Shown here: positions 57,637 through 64,000 of the stretch, in pieces | How the letters are laid out: every line of letters starts with the position of its first letter | How positions within the stretch are numbered: the first letter of the stretch is position 1 | NCBI GenBank assembly: GCA_034670305.1 | Contig: JAXMNT010000038.1 | Coordinates: 14,178 to 78,177, forward strand | DNA length: 64,000 bases | Source of the DNA: Deltaproteobacteria bacterium | Lineage (GTDB): Bacteria; Myxococcota_A; Polyangia; Polyangiales; Houyiibacteriaceae | Reading direction: 5' to 3' | The notes under the pieces: model-generated | What the model was told of the DNA's origin: nothing | The model's input: the letters and a program-made list of their open reading frames with translations, nothing else | Database searches by the model: none | Position numbers and translations under genes: made by a program

Positions 57637-58148
57637 GTCGTCTCCTCTCGTCCTGGGATCAGCGTCCACATCGCGGCCTGCTCACTCTCGTAGACGACGA
57701 CCTTCTCCCCGGGTTGGTCGTCGTCGTCGTCGGGGCGGGTTTGGGTGAACCGAAACCCGTAGCGCACAAAGATCTGTTTCTCGCCGCGACGCATCCGCGT
57801 GCCCCAGCCCTCGAGCACCAACGGCGTGCGCATGTCCGCCAGCGCCAGGAACTTGGCGCTGTAGATCTTGCCGCCGTAGCCGATCCAGCCCTCGCTGTGC
57901 CGGAGCCCGAGCACGTAGTAGGCGTGTACGAAGCCGACCATGCCGGTCATGTGGACCATCAGTCCGCCGCTGACATGACGCGGATGAAAACGCGGGTCCG
58001 CCCGCTGCTCGCGGGTAAGGGGCAGTTCGTCCGAGACGGGCATCCGCACCACCACGCGACTCTTCTCTTCGTCGACCTCGAGCAACTCGTCGATCAACAA
58101 CCCGCCCGGCCCATAGGGACAGTCCGCCACGAACTCCGCATCCAGCAT
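57633..58148 (-). CDS. Hypothetical protein, possible hotdog fold (FabZ-like)
   Basis: PYGPGGLLIDEL N-terminus; translationally coupled to yjbQ. Confidence 0.6.
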   Translation of the reverse strand: MLDAEFVADCPYGPGGLLIDELLEVDEEKSRVVVRMPVSDELPLTREQRADPRFHPRHVSGGLMVHMTGMVGFVHAYYVLGLRHSEGWIGYGGKIYSAKFLALADMRTPLVLEGWGTRMRRGEKQIFVRYGFRFTQTRPDDDDDQPGEKVVVYESEQAAMWTLIPGREETT

Positions 58149-58204
58149 GGCCGCCTTCTAGCAGCCGAACTCGAAACGTCATCCCCGCGGCCCGAATCGG
58201 AGGA

Positions 58205-58882
58205 CTACAGCGCGTACGTGTCGTCCAGGTACCGGACGATGTCGGCGCTCTCGAACATCTCGACGCCCGTGTTCGGGTCGTGCAGCCATGGGACCTGCAT
58301 CTTGCCGCTGCGCTTGATGAACGCGGGCCGGCTCGGGCTCTTCTTGGCGACGTTGGTGAGCCGGTACGGAAGCTCCAGCTCGCACAAGGTCTCGCGCACC
58401 CGGCGGCACCAGGGACTCGCCTCGAACCCGACGAGTTCGAGGTCCTGTTCGGGCTGCCTCGAGGGACGGGCCCGCATGCCGCCGTGGCGGAACGCGGAGC
58501 CGAGCCCGGCGGTCGGCGTCGCGATGAACGGACGCATCACGAGCGGGGTCTTGCCGGTGCCGTAGGTCTTGAAGAGGTAGTCGACGATGGCGGTGCTCTC
58601 GAGCAACTCGACGCCGGTGTTCGGATCGATCAGAAACGGGAACTGTGCTTTGCCGCTGCGCGCTTCGGCGGCCGGGCGGTAGCGGGTGCCCCCCTTCGGA
58701 CAGGGGCGCAGGTCGGCTTCGAGATCCAGCATGGAGATCGCTTCGCGCACCTTGCGGCAGAACGGGCAGGCCTCGAACTCGTAGAGTTCCAGCGGTTTGT
58801 CGGGCCGGGCGCCGAGCGGCGCGGTGATGAGTCCCGCGTGGACTCGGAACACACTGGGGGCGTACAACGTCACGACGTCCAT
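58205..58882 (-). CDS. Tandem GST-N/glutaredoxin domain protein
   Basis: Two repeats: CPFCRKVRE...PFLIDPNTG...ES and SPWCRRVRE...VPWLHDPNTG...FES. Confidence 0.88.
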   Translation of the reverse strand: MDVVTLYAPSVFRVHAGLITAPLGARPDKPLELYEFEACPFCRKVREAISMLDLEADLRPCPKGGTRYRPAAEARSGKAQFPFLIDPNTGVELLESTAIVDYLFKTYGTGKTPLVMRPFIATPTAGLGSAFRHGGMRARPSRQPEQDLELVGFEASPWCRRVRETLCELELPYRLTNVAKKSPSRPAFIKRSGKMQVPWLHDPNTGVEMFESADIVRYLDDTYAL

Positions 58883-58982
58883 GGGGTCTCCTGAACCGGC
58901 CCACCGAACCGGTGGGCGCCCGGAAGTGTGCGCGACAACCGGTGGGTTGTCAGTCGCTCGACCGTCGCTCGTCAGACGCGCG

Positions 58983-60521
58983 TCAGTCGGCGGGGTCTGC
59001 CGCTGGGTCTGCGGTCGGAATCGCGATCGCCTCCCCGTGCATCAGGACCGTGACGCGGCCTTCGTCGGCCGATCGCTCCACCACCACATGATGGATGCCA
59101 GGCTGCAGTTCGGCCTCGAGCGTGTCTTCTGCGAACGCCACGCAGGCGCTCGGTGCCATCGTCTCACCGAGCAGCACCACGCGAGCGCCGCCGAAGGTGT
59201 GCACGGTGAGTGAGACCGGCGTCTCCGTTCGGATCCGGTACACGCGTTCCGGGCCGTTCGCCGGTTCCGCGTTCTCGCATCCGTACCCGTCGAGCGTGCT
59301 GCTCTCGGTTGCCGTCGGTTCGGGTGCATCGTTCGTCGGGTCGGGCGCGTCGTCGGTCGAGTCCGCGGCCTCTGCGGTTTCGTCTGCGGGTGCATGGCCT
59401 GCGTCTTCGGTCTCCGATTCCTCGGCGGGCACTTCTTCTTCGGCCCGCTCCCACGTCTCCCCGAAGGGCAGCGTGCTGAGGCGGAGGGGCACTTCGGCGG
59501 TCCGGTCGCCGAAGAGGGGCTCGACGGGCGCATCGGGCGGCGCACCGGCGAGTCCGAGCCGGACCCGGTGCAACGACTCCAGCGTCCTCAGGTTCCGCTG
59601 ATTCTGCCCGTAGGCGAGACCTTCTTCGGTCAGCACACAGGGGCGGCCGCGTCCGCCGACCTGGAAGACGTTGGGGTGCACGCCATCGCTCGCGAGTCCC
59701 TGGCGCGCCAGTCCTGACACCGCTTGATGAAAGTCGATGTACGGAACCCGGTGGGCGAGCGCGAGTCCGCGGCTGACCTCGTTGTAGTGTGTCGCGTGCT
59801 CGTCCATCTCATCGGCATCGCCGCGTGGGAGCACCGCGCCGAGGATTGGCACCACGCCTCGGCGGGTGAGCTGGTCGATGGCGTCTTCGAGCCGTTCCCC
59901 GAAGCGGCGTTCGTTCCGGCCCTGCACATCGTTGCCACCGAAGAACAGCAGCGCGTAGCGCGCCGAGATGTCCCGTACTTCGCGCACGATGCGCGAGGGT
60001 CGGCCCGTGAGCCCTTGGCGCAGCGACCACCCGACCACCGTGGCCGTCGACTCCCGCCGGAAGGGATCGGTGCCGCGCGCCCGGGCTTCGCGAAACAGTT
60101 CGAGTGTCGGCGCGAGTTCGGTGTGGGTGCCGAGATCGGTCAGCGACTCACGCGCGAAGCAGTGCAAGAAGCTGTGGGTGGCGGCGCTGCTGCCACCGAG
60201 TTTGGCGAACACGTCGTCGCTCAGCTCGGCTCGGTCGGCGATCTCCCGCAATGCCGCGGCCTCGGCCGGACCCATGTGGGACTGGATCGTGCGGGGCGCG
60301 ATCGCCAACGCCGGGTCGGGCGGCGGCTCGGGTTCCGGTTGCGGTTCGGGCTCCGGCTCCGGCTCGGTGGCGACCGTCTCGCCGCCTGCGACCGGTGCGG
60401 CAGGCTCAGGCTCGACGGGTTCCATCGTGCCGCAGGGCGAGAGGGTGGCCACCGCGAGGGTGAGCAAGGCAAAGGTGATCGGAATGGGCACGTACTTCCG
60501 GATGTACCCAAACCACGCCAT
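58983..60521 (-). CDS. SGNH/GDSL hydrolase-like exported protein
   Basis: GGNDV block and DGVHPN (DxxH); block I degenerate (KLGGSS); start uncertain. Confidence 0.7.
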   Translation of the reverse strand: MAWFGYIRKYVPIPITFALLTLAVATLSPCGTMEPVEPEPAAPVAGGETVATEPEPEPEPQPEPEPPPDPALAIAPRTIQSHMGPAEAAALREIADRAELSDDVFAKLGGSSAATHSFLHCFARESLTDLGTHTELAPTLELFREARARGTDPFRRESTATVVGWSLRQGLTGRPSRIVREVRDISARYALLFFGGNDVQGRNERRFGERLEDAIDQLTRRGVVPILGAVLPRGDADEMDEHATHYNEVSRGLALAHRVPYIDFHQAVSGLARQGLASDGVHPNVFQVGGRGRPCVLTEEGLAYGQNQRNLRTLESLHRVRLGLAGAPPDAPVEPLFGDRTAEVPLRLSTLPFGETWERAEEEVPAEESETEDAGHAPADETAEAADSTDDAPDPTNDAPEPTATESSTLDGYGCENAEPANGPERVYRIRTETPVSLTVHTFGGARVVLLGETMAPSACVAFAEDTLEAELQPGIHHVVVERSADEGRVTVLMHGEAIAIPTADPAADPAD

Positions 60522-60549
60522 TCGGTCGAGAAGCTAGCACTTCTTCCTG

Positions 60550-60579
60550 GCACTACGGGCCTGGCTCGCTTCGCGAGAC
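60550..60579 (-). repeat. Dispersed REP-like repeat, copy 4 (inverted)
   Basis: GCACTACGGGCCTGGCTCGCTTCGCGAGAC is the reverse complement of copy 1. Confidence 0.8.
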
Positions 60580-60621
60580 GCTTCGTTGAAACGACTGCGT
60601 GTTCGCGCCGTAGGATGGGGT

Positions 60622-61560
60622 GTGACTTCGCAGGGACGCGACGACCCGACCTCGGAAGCCGCGTACTTCGGGCGGCGGCGGTTGCTGTCGATGGCACCGG
60701 GCCTGATCGCACTCGCCAGCGGGTCGGGATGCGAGGGGCCGGCCTCGGCCCGTGCACTGCAGCCGGTTCGGGCAGCGAGGTCGACGCGGTTCTCGGTGGA
60801 CCGCGCGATCACGCCGGCTTCGATCGCGGGGCGCTACAACAACTTCTACGAGTTCGGTCCGGACAAGGAAGCGGTCGCGGAACGTGCGCGCCGCATGCAA
60901 ACAGAGGGGTGGACCGTGGAGCTCGCGGGGCTGGTCGATCGGCCTGCGCGGTTCGATCTCGATCAGCTGGCCCGCTTGATGCCGATCGAAGAGCGGGTCT
61001 ACCGGTTTCGGTGTGTCGAAGCGTGGGCGATGGTCGTGCCTTGGACCGGGTTCCCCCTGCGCGCGCTGCTGGAACACGTGGGGGTGAAGTCGGACGCTCG
61101 GTTCGTTCGGTTCGAGACGTTTGGCCGGTCGCACGGCGTGGGCGCGCCTGGGTTCGAAACGCAGTCCTGGTACCCGTGGCCGTACGTCGAAGCCTTGCGG
61201 CTCGACGAAGCCATGAACGAGCTGACGCTCCTGGCCACGGGGCTCTACGGGCGCGCGCTCCCGCCACAGCACGGGGCGCCGATCCGGCTCGTGGTCCCTT
61301 GGAAGTACGGGTTCAAGAGCATTAAGAGCGTCGTGCGGATCGAACTCACCCGCACTCAGCCGGTGACGTTCTGGAACGGCCTCGAGCCACGCGAGTACGG
61401 CTTCTTCGCGAACGTCGATCCGCTGACCCCACATCCGCGCTGGTCCCAGGCCACCCACCGCTGGATCGACACCGGCAGCCGCAGTCCGACCAAGATCTAC
61501 AATGGCTACGGCGGGTTCGTCGCGCAGCTCTATCCAGCCGGTCCCTCGGCTCGGCGCTGA
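60622..61560 (+). CDS. msrP: Protein-methionine-sulfoxide reductase catalytic subunit
   Basis: RRR Tat-like signal, YNNFYEFG, RCVEAW, WPYVEALRLDEAM, PWKYGFKSIKS, EYGFFANV, HPRWSQA. Confidence 0.93.
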   Translation: MTSQGRDDPTSEAAYFGRRRLLSMAPGLIALASGSGCEGPASARALQPVRAARSTRFSVDRAITPASIAGRYNNFYEFGPDKEAVAERARRMQTEGWTVELAGLVDRPARFDLDQLARLMPIEERVYRFRCVEAWAMVVPWTGFPLRALLEHVGVKSDARFVRFETFGRSHGVGAPGFETQSWYPWPYVEALRLDEAMNELTLLATGLYGRALPPQHGAPIRLVVPWKYGFKSIKSVVRIELTRTQPVTFWNGLEPREYGFFANVDPLTPHPRWSQATHRWIDTGSRSPTKIYNGYGGFVAQLYPAGPSARR

Positions 61561-61661
61561 ACGCCTGGACCCAGTTGCGCGGCGGCGTGGCTCGGGCGAC
61601 CATCGGGGTCTTGCGCTCCGACCACCACGGGGGATCTGCGGCCCGTTCTCTCACGGGACGC

Positions 61662-62639
61662 GTGCGGGGCTTCGCGCTCGCGGTGGTCGCGCTCTGTCTG
61701 CTCGTCCCCCGCATGGGCGCGGCCACCGGAGGTGAACGGGTGCCCGCGTCGGTCCACTCGGCTTCTTCAGAGGCGGTCGCATCCTCGAGTCACGCCGTCG
61801 CCTGGAGTCACGCCGACCGCTCGACGCCGCAGCCGATCCTGTCCGAGTGGGCGCCGTCCAACCGCCCCTCGCGGAGCTCCGGGTACCCGTGGCGTGGCGG
61901 GCTCGAGAACTCGGTGCGTTTGCAGGAGTCCGCGACGTTGCGGTTCATGGACGTGGACCGGCCGCGTGGAAACTTCTTTGGGACGCGGCGACTCGTCGGG
62001 TTGCTCGAGCGCACCGCAGCGGTGGTCGACGAGCGGGCGCCTGGCGCACGCATGAACGTCGGCGAACTCAGTCGCCGAACGGGCGGCAACATCGTGGGCC
62101 ACCGCAGTCACGAGAACGGCCGAGACGTGGACCTCGGGTTCTACATGGTCGACGACGCTGGCCTGCCGGTCGAGACCCGCCGTTTTCTGAACGTGCGGCG
62201 GAGCGGTCGGGCACGCAACGCCGTGGCGCCTGGTCCGGACGCTCCTGGAGAGTCAGGGCTGCAGTTCGATCCCATCCGCAACTGGATGATGATCGAAGCG
62301 CTCATCACCGATCCGGAGGTCGTCGTGCAACACGCGTTCGTGCACCGCGATGTGCGCCGACTCTTGGTTCGGCAAGGTCGACGCATGGGCGCGAGCGACG
62401 ACCTGATCGAGCGGGTGGAGCGGGTGGTCATCTCGCCCGGCGTCCGCCATCCTCACCGCAACCACTTCCACGTGCGCATCTACTGCGGTCCCGACGACAT
62501 GCCCGGCTGCCGCGACCGCGGACCTTTCTGGCCGTGGCTCGGAGAGGGCCACCCGTTTCATGGGCTCGTCGTGCCGCTTCCAGGCGTGGACGTGGAAGCG
62601 CAGCGGGCGATCTCCGCGACGCGTCGAACCGCGCGTTGA
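61662..62639 (+). CDS. Penicillin-insensitive murein endopeptidase (MepA-like)
   Basis: HRSHENGRDVD and HRNHFHVRI zinc motifs; signal peptide. Confidence 0.85.
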   Translation: MRGFALAVVALCLLVPRMGAATGGERVPASVHSASSEAVASSSHAVAWSHADRSTPQPILSEWAPSNRPSRSSGYPWRGGLENSVRLQESATLRFMDVDRPRGNFFGTRRLVGLLERTAAVVDERAPGARMNVGELSRRTGGNIVGHRSHENGRDVDLGFYMVDDAGLPVETRRFLNVRRSGRARNAVAPGPDAPGESGLQFDPIRNWMMIEALITDPEVVVQHAFVHRDVRRLLVRQGRRMGASDDLIERVERVVISPGVRHPHRNHFHVRIYCGPDDMPGCRDRGPFWPWLGEGHPFHGLVVPLPGVDVEAQRAISATRRTAR

Positions 62640-62652
62640 TCCTCACGACTCG

Positions 62653-63879
62653 ATGACCGATCCCTCGTCCACCGAAGCGTCGCTGCGTCCGTCCCCCCGC
62701 GAGCCAGGTCGCGCATGGCGGGCTGCGGGCGCCATGGGTCTCTTCGTCGGCGGCTGGGTCTGGTTCTGGTTCCAGTACGGAGGCACCTTCTTGGCGGGCA
62801 CCTCGATGTACACCGAGTCCGTCATGGCGCTCTTCTACCGTTGGGGTGCGACCGGACTGGCGGCGGCGGCCGGCATCTTGGCCGCGGTCGGTTCGTTCGT
62901 CCTCCGGTTCTTGGCCATCAACCAGCGCAAGCGCGTGGTGGGCCAGTGCACGCTTCGATGGGGACCCTGGGGGATCGAGGAGCGCATCGACGGCGTGGTG
63001 TGGACCGCGTTTCCGTGGGACGGAGTGCGCGCGACCACCATGGCTCAGAGCCGTCGCATCCGGGACACGCAATACAACCGGCAGGGGAAGTCGCGGCGAG
63101 GCCCGGCCCGCACGGTCACGACGATCCGGGCGATCCGTTTTGAGTCTCCAGGCGGACACGCGATCACGGTCTACCCCTTGGATCTGATCGGAGGTCGCCT
63201 CCCCGGTCCCAACAGCCCCAACAGCGGAGGGTGGTTCCACCGAGGGCTGCCGTGCCTCCCGCACACCTACCTCCCGAAGCTCATGCAGCAAGCGCGCGCG
63301 GCGGGTGTGAAGGTCACGTCCGGTCGCGTCGAGGGCTCCGAACTCGCGGCGGGGCGCGTCTTGATTCCGTTCGTGCCCGAGCAGTGGACGCTCGGCGCCG
63401 CGGGCGCTGCCCTGATGGCGTCGGCGTACGTCGGGGGCATGTTCGGGTTGTTTGGGTGGCCAGGCTACCTGCTCGCGGGCATTGGGGTGTTGCTGCTCTG
63501 CCTGCCGGTGCGCGGTCTCTTCCGGCAGCTCCGAGCGCTCTCGAGCCGTCCGGGCTCCGGCGAGCGGGTGACTCTGGTCAGCGGCACGGAGGAGCGCATC
63601 ACCGTGCGGAGCGACGGGAAGACCCGCGTGGTCGATCTCACCGGCGTCGTTTGCAGCGATGCGTTCATCCACAAGCGCACCGACGTAGACCTCTGGTTGA
63701 CGGTCGCAGCGGGTGAAGCGAACCCGTACCGCGGGGGCATCGAGCGGGCGACGCGCATCGAGGTGTGCGCGCGAAGTGAAGTGCGCAACGCGTACGCGTA
63801 CGCGGCCGGACTCGAGCTGATCGGTGCATCGGCCCTGGTGGTCTTCGCCCTGCTGCTCTCCTTCCCGAACCTCCTCTAG
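62653..63879 (+). CDS. Hypothetical multi-pass membrane protein
   Basis: Several hydrophobic helices; no recognised motif. Confidence 0.6.
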   Translation: MTDPSSTEASLRPSPREPGRAWRAAGAMGLFVGGWVWFWFQYGGTFLAGTSMYTESVMALFYRWGATGLAAAAGILAAVGSFVLRFLAINQRKRVVGQCTLRWGPWGIEERIDGVVWTAFPWDGVRATTMAQSRRIRDTQYNRQGKSRRGPARTVTTIRAIRFESPGGHAITVYPLDLIGGRLPGPNSPNSGGWFHRGLPCLPHTYLPKLMQQARAAGVKVTSGRVEGSELAAGRVLIPFVPEQWTLGAAGAALMASAYVGGMFGLFGWPGYLLAGIGVLLLCLPVRGLFRQLRALSSRPGSGERVTLVSGTEERITVRSDGKTRVVDLTGVVCSDAFIHKRTDVDLWLTVAAGEANPYRGGIERATRIEVCARSEVRNAYAYAAGLELIGASALVVFALLLSFPNLL

Positions 63880-64000
63880 CAGGTTGCTGAAGAACGCCCG
63901 CAGGGCGTTCTCGCAGCCTGCCCCTTGCCCCTGCCCTTGCCTTTGCCCTTGCCCGCGGATCAGCGGTCAGATCGCTTGATCAGCGCGACGAGCATCGCGA
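63880..64000 (-). mobile_element. Second, inverted copy of the IS5-derived MITE (runs off the window)
   Basis: Reverse complement of ~1135-1255; preceded by CTAG (63876-63879). Confidence 0.85.

Overview
High-GC bacterial chromosomal segment, most likely Myxococcota (Polyangiales/Sandaracinaceae-like). This is inferred from MYXO-CTERM-tailed proteases, many Cys-rich lipoproteins, an FHA/sigma54-type activator, a Ser/Thr kinase and mevalonate genes. The main result is a ~10 kb same-strand sterol biosynthesis cluster (44790-54624). It encodes a squalene epoxidase-linker-squalene synthase fusion, an SdmB-like NAD(P)-dependent SDR, an SdmA-like Rieske oxygenase, a class II HMG-CoA reductase, an oxidosqualene cyclase (DCTAE) with atypical product-determining residues, and a eukaryote-type sterol C-24 methyltransferase. 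HMG-CoA synthase and a sterol-desaturase/fatty-acid-hydroxylase gene lie elsewhere in the window. Also present: tmRNA (tag ANDNALALAA) next to an SspB-like adaptor, a candidate sigma54-dependent sRNA with two C-rich loops, a composite IS5-derived MITE in two copies at CTAG stop codons, a RAYT/Y1 transposase between long inverted repeats, a dispersed ~33 bp repeat, a plant-like GH19 chitinase, a sugar ABC transporter with a binding protein-permease fusion, and housekeeping genes. All calls come from motif recognition by eye; no database searches were run and start codons are estimates.
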